DNA of 64,000 nucleotides, taken from assembly GCA_963759575.1 (NCBI GenBank), contig CAVWZU010000001.1, forward strand, positions 36,020 through 100,019, given 5' to 3'. Shown piece by piece: positions 34,256 to 44,071 of this stretch. The notes below the pieces were generated by a model. That model was not told the DNA's origin and did not search any database. It was given only the letters and a program-made list of their open reading frames with translations. Position 1 is the stretch's first letter; each line of letters begins with the position of its first letter. Made by a program: the position numbers and the translations under genes. This DNA comes from an uncultured Nitrososphaeraceae archaeon. GTDB lineage: Archaea > Thermoproteota > Nitrososphaeria > Nitrososphaerales > Nitrososphaeraceae.

Positions 34256-35188
34256 TTGAGTTCTAAATTTCTTATAGGAACATTTGCTATCATCTTGTTA
34301 TTTCCACTGGTCACTGTCCCTGGAGACACTTTATTAATCTCATCCACTTCCAATCTGAACCAAACCAAAGTTGATCCATATAATGAACCAAATAACAATA
34401 ATCTTTTAGGCGTAAATATACTAACCAATAGTCTAGAAAACAGACTTTATGGCGCAGCTTCTATGTTAGAATTTGCAAGCAACTTATCAGAAATGAAAAG
34501 CGTGCCTAATATGAGCTTGCTGAATGCTACGCTGGAAACTCTCCATGGGATTCCCCAATACTCAGATTTACAAAAAAGAAACATTGCACAAGATATCATA
34601 TCACATTATCGTGAAATCGCTGGAATTGCATTCATTCTGCCTAATGGTGATACCTACTTCATGGAACCATATACATTGCAAAGCAATCAGACTAAAAATA
34701 ATCTTGCCTACCGTGATTACTTTAAAGGCGCTATTGCCACTAATGACACCTATCTTGGAGATATAATTACCTCTACATCTTCAGGCGTTAAACGTGCAAT
34801 TATAGCAGTACCCGTATTTTCTGAAAGGGGTAACGGAGATCTAACAGGCATTTTGGTTGGATCTATAGACTTGAGCCTTTTGAACAATGAGCTTCAGTCA
34901 TTTAGTCTATCTCAAGGTCAACGAATTGTGTATGTTGACTCCAACAATACTAAGATAGCCGATTCTGATAAGATACTTTTTACAAATAGCAGTGAATCAT
35001 TTTCTAATCTAAAGAGTTTCCAAAATGCCATTGTGGGCAAGTTTGGTTCCATTTCGGAGAAGATAAACCAAGATAACATGCTTGTGTCATACTATCCCAT
35101 GGAAGCACTTCAAAATAGGTGGGTAGTTCTTTGGATACAGCCCCTTAGCAACATTGGTGATAATAGTAGCAAGTCCTTGTCCGAATAA
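34256..35188 (+). CDS. Stand-alone extracellular Cache-domain protein
   Basis: Signal/anchor, FILPNGD, NLAYRDYFKGA, IIAVPV, YVDSN and YYPM....WVVL. No kinase or other output domain. Confidence 0.8.
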   Translation: MSSKFLIGTFAIILLFPLVTVPGDTLLISSTSNLNQTKVDPYNEPNNNNLLGVNILTNSLENRLYGAASMLEFASNLSEMKSVPNMSLLNATLETLHGIPQYSDLQKRNIAQDIISHYREIAGIAFILPNGDTYFMEPYTLQSNQTKNNLAYRDYFKGAIATNDTYLGDIITSTSSGVKRAIIAVPVFSERGNGDLTGILVGSIDLSLLNNELQSFSLSQGQRIVYVDSNNTKIADSDKILFTNSSESFSNLKSFQNAIVGKFGSISEKINQDNMLVSYYPMEALQNRWVVLWIQPLSNIGDNSSKSLSE

Positions 35189-35990
35189 ATACTGGCGATC
35201 GGATTTATTGCTCGTGACCAAACTTTCTTGTAAATCATTTAATATTTGTTGATAGCCGATCTAAGATGCGAATATCAACACAGCGATATAAATATAGTTT
35301 GGATATTTCCAATTCGACTATTGTTACGAAGAGAAATAAAAAATGAGTTCAGTCTATATTTACATATTTGAAATTATACTCGGTTAGTCCTTGAGAAATG
35401 TTGCGAAAGCATTTACCTGTTATTTTATTTATGGACCATTTACATATTCCACAATACTGCTCAATTATAAGGCAAGAGGATCTCAAAATCATCAAGGATA
35501 TTCGGAGTATTCAAGACTGCTAGGCAATTAGCAGGTCTAATTTATATCAATTATTAATTAACAAGAATAGAGAACTTAGTTAAGACTTTGTGAAAAACAA
35601 CTAAAATTTTCTAATCGGATCCAAGATTTCAATTTAAAACTCTTACCAACTCTCATCCCATTGTTATAACTCATATGGAAGAATATGCCTTGAACCAAAA
35701 TCATTCTTTTCCACGGTAGAATACGTATAAATAGCGACTGAATTTGATTTTGTTTCACTTTAGCCAAATTCTATGTTAGAGAAAAACATGTTGTCTGGCA
35801 CTATTGGCTGTGATAGTGCGAGTTAGAATCAAATAGTAGGGTCCCAGATTTGGAACACCCGGATCACTTCTGCACAAAAATAACCGGTGTATTGTCTTTA
35901 TTGTTAAGGACGATTTTAGAAAGATGACTGAAATTTCAAAAAAGGAAAAACGTTCAAATTTCTAGTTGAATTAATAATTATATACATGAC

Positions 35991-35998
35991 TTTATATA
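35991..35998 (+). promoter_or_regulatory. Archaeal TATA box for 36022-38106 (probably near-leaderless transcript)
   Basis: TTTATATA lies 24-31 bp upstream of the ATG. Confidence 0.6.
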
Positions 35999-36021
35999 CC
36001 TATATTCGTAAATAGTGCTGA

Positions 36022-38106
36022 ATGAGTAGTATTATTAATGTAAATACTCTACCTTTAGTTATAGTTACAATATCATTCATTTTACTTTTGGGTCCAACAT
36101 CAGTGACCATGAATGTATTTGCTACAACCAACACAGCTAATCAAGGCATAGGCCAATCACAGTCTGCAATCCAACTTGGTGTTTGTGTATCAGGGAACGG
36201 TACACTTTTTTCATGTAACAACGCCAATACTCAAAACCAAGCAAATAGTGGAAACAACGCAGCAGCACAACAAGGTGGTAGTGGTAGTGGTGGCAATTCA
36301 GCCAATCAAGGCATAGGCCAATCACAAACTTCCAACCAAAACAGTGGTGTAACATCTGGTGGCAACACAACTAATTCTGGAAACAACGCCAATACTCAAA
36401 ACCAAAATAATACTGGTAGCAATGCTGTCGGACAAATAGGCGGTAGTGGTAGTGGTAGTGGTGGCAATTCAGCCAATCAAGGCATAGGCCAATCACAAAC
36501 TTCCAACCAAAACAGTGGTGTAACATCTGGTGGCAACACAACTAATTCTGGAAACAACGCCAATACTCAAAACCAAACTAACACAGGAAACAACGCAGCA
36601 GCACAACAAGGTGGTAGTGGTAGTGGTGGCAATTCAGCCAATCAAGGCATAGGCCAATCACAAACTTCCAACCAAAACAGTGGTGTAACATCTGGTGGCA
36701 ACACAACTAATTCTGGAAACAACGCCAATACTCAAAACCAAAATAATACTGGTAGCAATGCTGTCGGACAAATAGGCGGTAGTGGTAGTGGTAGTGGTGG
36801 CAATTCAGCCAATCAAGGCATAGGCCAATCACAAACTTCCAACCAAAACAGTGGTGTAACATCTGGTGGCAACACAACTAATTCTGGAAACAACGCCAAT
36901 ACTCAAAACCAAACTAACACAGGAAACAACGCAGCAGCACAACAAGGTGGTAGTGGTAGTGGTGGCAATTCAGCCAATCAAGGCATAGGCCAATCACAAA
37001 CTTCCAACCAAAACAGTGGTGTAACATCTGGTGGCAACACAACTAATTCTGGAAACAACGCCAATACTCAAAACCAAAATAATACTGGTAGCAATGCTGT
37101 CGGACAAATAGGCGGTAGTGGTAGTGGTAGTGGTGGCAATTCAGCCAATCAAGGCATAGGCCAATCACAAACTTCCAACCAAAACGCCCAATGTGTAGCA
37201 GGGGGTAATACAGCCAACTCCTGTAACAACACCAGCACTCAAAACCAAGCAAATAGTGGAAACAACGCAGCAGCACAACAAGGTGGTAGTGGTAGTGGTG
37301 GCAATTCAGCCAATCAAGGCATAGGCCAATCACAAACTTCCAACCAAAACGCCCAATGTGTTTCTGGTGGAAACGTAGCTGGTTCATGTAACAACGCCAA
37401 TACTCAAAACCAAGCAAATACTGGTAGCAATGCTGTCGGGCAAATAGGCGGTAGTGGTAGTGGTAGTGGTGGCAATTCAGCCAATCAAGGCATAGGCCAA
37501 TCACAAACTTCCAACCAAAACGCCCAATGTGTAGCAGGGGGTTCCTTGAGCAATTCATGCAGCAACACCAGCACTCAAAACCAAGCAAATAGTGGAAACA
37601 ACGCAGCAGCACAACAAGGTGGTAGTGGTAGTGGTGGCAATTCAGCTAACCAAGCAATTGGTCAATCACAATCCTCTAACCAAAACGCACAATGTGTTTC
37701 CGGTAAAGACGCTATAGTATCTTGTAACAATCAAAACTTCCAAAACCAAGTAAATAGTGGAAACAACGTATTAGGACAACTAGGTGGTACTGGTACTGGT
37801 ACTGGTACTGGTAGTAGTAGTAGTAGTGGTGGTAGTGGTGGTAGTGGTGGCAATTCAGCCAATCAAGGCATTGGCCAAGCACAATCCTCTGACCAAAACG
37901 CACAATGTGCTTCTGGTGGAAACGTAGATGAATCATGTAACAACGCCAGCACTCAAGACCAAGAAAATAGTGGTAGCAACGCAGCAGCACAACAAGGCGG
38001 CAGCAGTGATAGCAGTGATAGCAGTGATAGCAGTGATAGCAGTGATAGCAGTGATAGCAGTGATAGCAGTGATAGCAGTGATAGCAGTGATGATGGAGAA
38101 AATTAA
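36022..38106 (+). CDS. Large secreted N/Q/G/S-rich repeat protein (11 QGIGQSQ modules and an (SSD)10 tail); candidate functional-amyloid subunit
   Basis: Signal peptide ends VFA-T. Eleven 47-aa cores are joined by GGSGSGG linkers, with almost no charged residues until the last repeats. Confidence 0.9.
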   Translation: MSSIINVNTLPLVIVTISFILLLGPTSVTMNVFATTNTANQGIGQSQSAIQLGVCVSGNGTLFSCNNANTQNQANSGNNAAAQQGGSGSGGNSANQGIGQSQTSNQNSGVTSGGNTTNSGNNANTQNQNNTGSNAVGQIGGSGSGSGGNSANQGIGQSQTSNQNSGVTSGGNTTNSGNNANTQNQTNTGNNAAAQQGGSGSGGNSANQGIGQSQTSNQNSGVTSGGNTTNSGNNANTQNQNNTGSNAVGQIGGSGSGSGGNSANQGIGQSQTSNQNSGVTSGGNTTNSGNNANTQNQTNTGNNAAAQQGGSGSGGNSANQGIGQSQTSNQNSGVTSGGNTTNSGNNANTQNQNNTGSNAVGQIGGSGSGSGGNSANQGIGQSQTSNQNAQCVAGGNTANSCNNTSTQNQANSGNNAAAQQGGSGSGGNSANQGIGQSQTSNQNAQCVSGGNVAGSCNNANTQNQANTGSNAVGQIGGSGSGSGGNSANQGIGQSQTSNQNAQCVAGGSLSNSCSNTSTQNQANSGNNAAAQQGGSGSGGNSANQAIGQSQSSNQNAQCVSGKDAIVSCNNQNFQNQVNSGNNVLGQLGGTGTGTGTGSSSSSGGSGGSGGNSANQGIGQAQSSDQNAQCASGGNVDESCNNASTQDQENSGSNAAAQQGGSSDSSDSSDSSDSSDSSDSSDSSDSSDSSDDGEN
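36130..37995 (+). repeat. Coding tandem array of alternating 171-bp and 165-bp units (336-bp higher-order period)
   Basis: gccaatcaaggcataggccaatcacaaacttccaaccaaaac recurs, for example at 36301 and 36637 (336 bp apart). Confidence 0.95.
38002..38091 (+). repeat. Perfect (AGCAGTGAT)10 minisatellite encoding (Ser-Ser-Asp)10
   Basis: Ten exact 9-bp units, in frame. Confidence 0.97.
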
Positions 38107-38455
38107 TCTACCGGAGGCATAGGTCAATCACAAACTTCCAACCAAAACAAGGGGCGCACTAGTTTGTTTTTCAATCTATCTGTGCGAACCACGGTGGATA
38201 ACCTAATGATTTCCACCAAACAATCTCTCTATTTTAGTAACGGATCCTATTTGAAGTTATCCCGATTAATTAACTATTAACTCTCCTGAATGTTGACATA
38301 CTTGCTTTGAGAAGGTTACTAGTCAATAATCCATCTTAGTACAAGGTTTATTTGATAAAAAGGCAGTCTTTTGGACATCCTTTTTGCTAATTAGAACCAA
38401 ATTACCCTAATTCTAACGGATTGATAAATCCATTCAAGCGAAAATTGACCAGATA

Positions 38456-39272
38456 TCAATCCAAAAAAACTGTACGCAAATCCTCATTCAATGAATCTAA
38501 AATTTCCATATCTTTTTGATTTATGTGAAAATCAAATACCTGACTGTTCTCTAAAATTCTTTCCTCGTGACTAGATTTTGGAATAGCAACTAGATCATGC
38601 TGTAAGCTCCAACGTACAAGTATTTGTGCAGGAGTTTTGTCATACGCTATTGCAATTCTAACTAGATTAGATTCATTTAGTCTTTGACCCCTTGTCAATG
38701 GACTATAAGCTTCAAGTTCGATCATATTGGTCTTGCAGAATCGTAATAGATCCTTCTGATATAAGTATGGATGAAATTCCACTTGGTTAACGGCAGGTAC
38801 AGTATCGGAACTGTGTAACGTTTCTTTCAATTCAGTGATAGAGTAGTTGCTCACTCCAATTGAATTTACTTTTCCGCTATTTAGTAGCTTAATCATGGCT
38901 TTCCGTGTTTCTGTAATTTTTTTCCGAACTGGCCAATGTATAAGATAAAGATCCATATAGGATAACCCAAGTCGCTTAAGGCTAGAATCAAATGCCTTCA
39001 ATGTGGAATCGTATCCTTGATCGCTATTCCAGAGCTTTGTAGTAATAAAGATGTCCTCTCTTTTTACATCACTTTCCTTTAAAGCCTTTGCCAACATCTG
39101 ATTCATTACCATAAATCATAGCAGTATCAAAGTGTTTGTAGCCAGTCTTCAGTGCGAATTTGACTGCTTTGACGGTTGATTTTCCTGGATGTATTTGATA
39201 AACTCCTAGCCCAAGCCGTGGAATTTGAATTCCATTATTCAATTTAACCGTAGAATTTAAGGTAAATGACAT
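38456..39272 (-). CDS. Aldo/keto reductase (2,5-DKG reductase-like), with one +1 frameshift near 39087
   Basis: IPRLGLGVYQ, GYKHFDTAMIYGNE, FITTKLWN, DLYLIHWP, IGVSNY, NQVEFHP, IPKSS. Confidence 0.9.
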
Positions 39273-39545
39273 ACAAAAAGTACATCTTTAGATCCGACTT
39301 AACTGTATCTATGACAGTCAATCATGACAATAATATTTCACTCCTTTTCTCTGCTAACCCTAGAGGAAAAATGATTTCCACCAAACCCTTATACCATGGG
39401 GACTTAATCCCGCCAAACTGGTTCATATGTATGCCCAATTTATGAGAAACGTAAAGCATTTCACTGGACATAAAAACAAATATCTAAAATATCTCATTCA
39501 AAATTTTGTCGTTATAACGAGTTGACAGACTGTAAAAAAAGACGA

Positions 39546-40402
39546 TCAGGTCCTTCCAACAATACAAATAGCTTCATTTTTAAAGTTGACAGATCCTGAA
39601 TCCCTATCCGCATATTGAGTTACTGCTTCAGTTATTGCTCTCAAAATCTCTTTTTTTCTTTCTTGCGATTGATTGGACAGGAACACTTGAACCGGTGAAG
39701 CTGTTTCATATACAAAATTTGTGAACGCTTCCGCTGAATCAAAGTTAAAGATCAGGTCCTGCCTTTCAATAGCAATGTCTTCAAACCCTGCATTGATAAA
39801 GAAATCCTTAAGCAAGTTTTCATCAGTTAGACTAAACGGTCCTGGAGTATTGGTTGGAAATACTGGGTTTTTCATTTCCTTCAATAATATATCAAGTGGC
39901 ACGGAAATAAAGGGAACTTTATCGGGCGAAGCCTAAACAGCATCTGAAAATAGCCCTCCGTTAACCAGTGACTTATAGACGTTGGATAAACCAACTTTAA
40001 GATTGGGAAAAAACATGAGTCCAAATCTACAGTGCTGCATCAAATGTCAAATGAGGTAAATCAATTTTTTCTAAATCGCCCTCTTAATTCTATCATATTT
40101 TGTAAGCCTAAGGAAATTGCTCTTTGTTTTGCAACTGACAACATCTGGGTTGATAAGTCGATAGCAAAGATTCGACCGCTCCTACCTACCTCCTGTGCCG
40201 CAGTTATTGCTGGTTCTCCAAGTCCAGTGGCTACATCAAGGACTCTGGATCCTTGCTTTATGCCCGCAAGTTCTATCATACGCTTACTGAGATTCTTCCC
40301 CGCAATTTCAGTCGTTTTCCACCACTTTTGCCAACCACCAGCAATGTTATTCCAACCCTGACGCTGACCTTCCTTATACTGTTCAGGATCAAAATTTGAC
40401 AT
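39546..40402 (-). pseudogene. UbiE-like SAM-dependent methyltransferase pseudogene
   Basis: VLDVATGLGEP motif I. Indels near 40085 and 40030, plus an in-frame TAG at 39933-39935 where Trp is expected (AV*ASPDKVPF). Confidence 0.8.
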
Positions 40403-40878
40403 GGATCGTTTGACTTAAAATTCATGATATATAAAAGATTTCATGAAATAAAACAACATTTATAGATTCATAATAAATACCTTCAAAGTGTATTTTTGAT
40501 ACTTTTGAGTATCTTGATTAACGAGGGGATTCGCAAAATCAATTAAATTCTGATATTCGTCTAGAATTGGAAAATCTGTCTATCAGTCATATCATTTTCC
40601 ACGGGATAATGGATTGATAGGTACCTTTGAGGTCGTCAAAAAAGTGATGTAATGTGGGGATTAGCACGCTGGAGAGGTTTTACTGAAAGTATAACAATAC
40701 GTATGATATCGCCTGCGATATTATGGAACTCTAATAGACATAAGCATCTTTCATATAATCGAACCCACATAGGAAGCAGGTCGATACGGCTATGATGTAA
40801 GAATAAGCCATCTATTATCCCCTTAAACCCAATTCTACACAAAATTCTTATATTTTGCGTCTCCTTATAGTAAAACTG

Positions 40879-41427
40879 TTGGCACAAAGGCTAAAGACTA
40901 TCGAGAAAGGAAACCATATAATTGCGGTCTATCCTAGCAAAGAGGAGAAATTCAATGAAGCCTTTGCCTTTCTAAAGGATGGTCTTGAAAGAAATGAGGT
41001 TGCTGTAATTACAACCACAGATCTCCCAAAAAACGAAATCCGTGCCAGGATGAAAAATGAATGGCAATTAAATATTGCTGACCTTGAATCCCGAGGAGAT
41101 GTTATTATCCGAACCACTGAGGAAGCGTATTTTCCGGATGGAATTCCTAATATTCAGCGAACACTTGGATTATGGTCCACGTTAGTTGAAAACTGTCTTA
41201 ACAAAGGTAAGAGGGGAATGCGAGTATTCGGAGATATGGGCGCATTTTTCAAAAACGGGTTTACAAAAGAACTACTTGAATATGAATCATGTTTGGAACA
41301 AAGATTTAACTTTCCTATTATTGGCATATGTGCTTATGATTCCAAAGATATCGATAATAATTTTACGTCAGAACAAATCAGACAACTACAGCAACATCAC
41401 GATACTATCTGGATTGAACCATATTAA
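40879..41427 (+). CDS. MEDS domain sensor protein
   Basis: HIIAVY...AFAFLKDGLERNE, RVFGDM, LLEYES, GICAYD. Confidence 0.85.
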   Translation: MAQRLKTIEKGNHIIAVYPSKEEKFNEAFAFLKDGLERNEVAVITTTDLPKNEIRARMKNEWQLNIADLESRGDVIIRTTEEAYFPDGIPNIQRTLGLWSTLVENCLNKGKRGMRVFGDMGAFFKNGFTKELLEYESCLEQRFNFPIIGICAYDSKDIDNNFTSEQIRQLQQHHDTIWIEPY

Positions 41428-41532
41428 GTGATTGAATGATTAACGGTTTAAGATTAGAAAGTTATCAACAAATTATCAATCAAATAGAGTCTAAATACTC
41501 AAAACCCAAAATTATATACTATACTGTTGTTA

Positions 41533-42842
41533 CTATGATGCGGGAAAAATCATTCCAAATACAGTTCCTTGCTTGTGGTCTTCATATACTCTGTCTCCTA
41601 CCCAAATTTTACCTCTATATCTTTCGACCAATGTTCTTACTATCGATAAACCTACTCCACTTCCCTTAGCTTTGGAATAGAATCGGTTGAACAATTCCTT
41701 TTTCATAGAGTCTGGTATTCCTTTACCATAATCTGATACAGTTATCATCCAATATTTTACTTCAGCAATGAAGTATTCCCTTATCAGGACATCAATTTTA
41801 ACCTCTGATGATTCTGCATATTTAACACTGTTTGAAAATAAATTAACAAAAATTTCCTCAAGCAGATCTTCTGCAATTACATTTATGTCAGTAGAATCAT
41901 AATGATCGTCTACTACATTTAAATAAAATCTAATTCTTTTGGCCTGTGGGTTATTATTGCAAAGCGTTTGCTCCAAGGTAGTGTATGCATTATTGATTGC
42001 ATCTGGAAGATTCTTTAGTATTAACTTTAGATCCTTTTGTGTATAAAGTCGTTCTAATCTACGTAGGTTGTCTAAAAGTGATTGACTTTTACTTATTGCT
42101 TTTTTTGCAGTTGCAAGAAATGAAGAAATTTCTTCGTTATTCTGAGATAGGTTGTTGTTTGTGATACTATTATTTTTTCTACAATGAAAGTTGCAATATC
42201 CAAACTATTCTGTATTATCTGGTGATAATTTCCTATATCGTGTGAGAGTAAATCAAATAAAAGTTCAGAGTGCATTTTTTCTTTATTCGTTTTATCATTA
42301 TTTTCTTTTACTTCCCATATGAGATCAAAACAATAAACAGCATTTCTCACTATAGGAACATCTTTAGAATATGACCAATTATCAAGGGAAAAAATAAAAC
42401 TGCTATCTTGGTTATTAAGTTGGTGCGATTGTACTTGCATATTTACAGAAAAAGAAAAAATATCCTGCCTGTCTCTAATAAACAGCAAGGAATTTGATGT
42501 GGACTTGGGTAATGATGATTTTATTGATCTGTATCCGATAAATGGAACTAGATGTTTAGTGAGCCGCGTACTATTCTCGTCAAATGCACATAACAATCTG
42601 ATAATTATATTCTTGGCCAACTTCTGTGATATTATATAATCAATTATTTTGTAATACGACAAGAATTGTAAGGATGAGGGTGCAGGCAACATTATGTCCA
42701 TTTCGGATTCAACTGATTGAATAAATTTGGACAATCCATCAAGAAATTTATTGTCCATTTTTGATTCCGAATAATTAGTGTTATTATCATTGTTATCATT
42801 ATCATTGTTATTGTTTCCCGTATGTTCGTCATAATCATACAT
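41533..42842 (-). CDS. Cytoplasmic sensor histidine kinase, with one -1 frameshift in a poly-A run near 42175
   Basis: H-box LLSHDIGNYHQ in 42093-42842; NLFSNSVKY, DYGKGI and GSGVGLSIV in 41533-41976. Adding one A joins them with no stop. Confidence 0.85.
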
Positions 42843-43347
42843 TTCTTGTTTTAGCCTCGAATATTGTAAAGGTATATCAATATAGCGGATTCTGATACTG
42901 TCAAGCCTATAAGATTATCTATAAGCAAGTCATGTCTGGGCTTATTTGTTATATTTATCAACCATTATTAGGATTTGTATTTGAGAAGAAGCATTTTCAT
43001 TAAAATTCGTAAAATACATTAAAAAAGATCTGACTTTTGAATTAATAATATTTTGAAAGTCCTTCTTTCACATCGTCTCAAAATAATAAACAACACATAC
43101 ATGCTTCCTGTAAGGTCCTGTCTTATAAGAAATCTGGAACTCTTAAATCCAAAAATATGCAAGAGATGAGACTCCCTCAAAAATTGACTTGGTGGCAATA
43201 TTAATGAAATCACAAACCCCTATTCTAATAGGATTCATTATTATTCTCATCATGATTCGATATTTAATACTAAAATGATTTATTTACAGAAAATATGTGC
43301 AATAATACTATTGTCTATTTATGCCATGCTATACAGTCATATTTGTA

Positions 43348-43569
43348 ATGTCTGAAGATCAAGATAATAAAAAGAATGAAAATCGTGGGGAAAATCTTGT
43401 TGAAATAACTAATGAATATAATGAAAATGATAGACCTCAAGACGAATCTGAGGGTGTTTTAGATGAAGCAGTAGATAAGGTAAAGGCAGGAACAAAAGCT
43501 GTAATCAACAAGGTTAAGGATACTGACAAAGACCTTGGCGCCGAATATGATAAAGAAAAAACAATATGA
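43348..43569 (+). CDS. Small hydrophilic protein (LEA/stress-like)
   Basis: Highly charged, with amphipathic VDKVKAGTKAVINKVKDTDKDLGAEYDKEK. Confidence 0.65.
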   Translation: MSEDQDNKKNENRGENLVEITNEYNENDRPQDESEGVLDEAVDKVKAGTKAVINKVKDTDKDLGAEYDKEKTI

Positions 43570-43609
43570 TCTGAAAATATGAACAATTAAAGGATATAGT
43601 TGAGATTTA

Positions 43610-43710
43610 ATGAATTTCTTGGGGTACCTATCTTTTCTTTTAGCTGTGATTTTTACATCGATTATGAATTTCTTGGGGTACCTATCTTTTCTTTTAGCTG
43701 TGATTTTTAC
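43610..43710 (+). repeat. Exact 47-bp direct repeat, period 54 bp
   Basis: 43610-43656 is identical to 43664-43710. Confidence 0.95.
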
Positions 43711-43816
43711 GATATCTTTCATAGTATGCCTGGCTGCTCAGCAAATAGTTACTTACCATGGTATCATAGAAAAAGCAAGGAAATTTGTGAATAACAAGCA
43801 TTCTCTAAAGAATTAA
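43610..43816 (+). CDS. Small membrane protein with duplicated N-terminus
   Basis: MNFLGYLSFLLAVIFT occurs twice in frame. Confidence 0.45.
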   Translation: MNFLGYLSFLLAVIFTSIMNFLGYLSFLLAVIFTISFIVCLAAQQIVTYHGIIEKARKFVNNKHSLKN

Positions 43817-44071
43817 TTAACATGCAACTTAATTTAGAAATATAGTCAATGGTGTGATATTAGTATTACTCAAATAGCGGTGAATTTGTTATAGTTGAGC
43901 TCAGGTGATATGGGGTTCAAATGTATTTTCAACTCTAGCAAAAGAAATTCAGATATTCCATTTCATAACTTGTACATCAAATTTTAAAAACTTTCAATGT
44001 TATCAATTAATTTTTTAGACTTGTTGTTATGTTATGAAGATAATCTTGTTTGCTTTTTCAGTTCATCATTG

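Noticed and set aside
36130-37995. Regular repeats as a possible CRISPR array
   Set aside because: Units are in-frame multiples of 3 with no unique spacers, and no cas genes are present.
36137-38127. Antisense and alternate-frame ORFs rich in C/H/Y, and the (TAI)n and (VIA)n ORFs
   Set aside because: They are shadows of the repeat gene on the plus strand and have no independent coding signal.
39933-39935. In-frame TAG as possible pyrrolysine or readthrough
   Set aside because: It sits at an expected Trp (TGG to TAG) in a gene with other lesions, and no pyl genes are visible.
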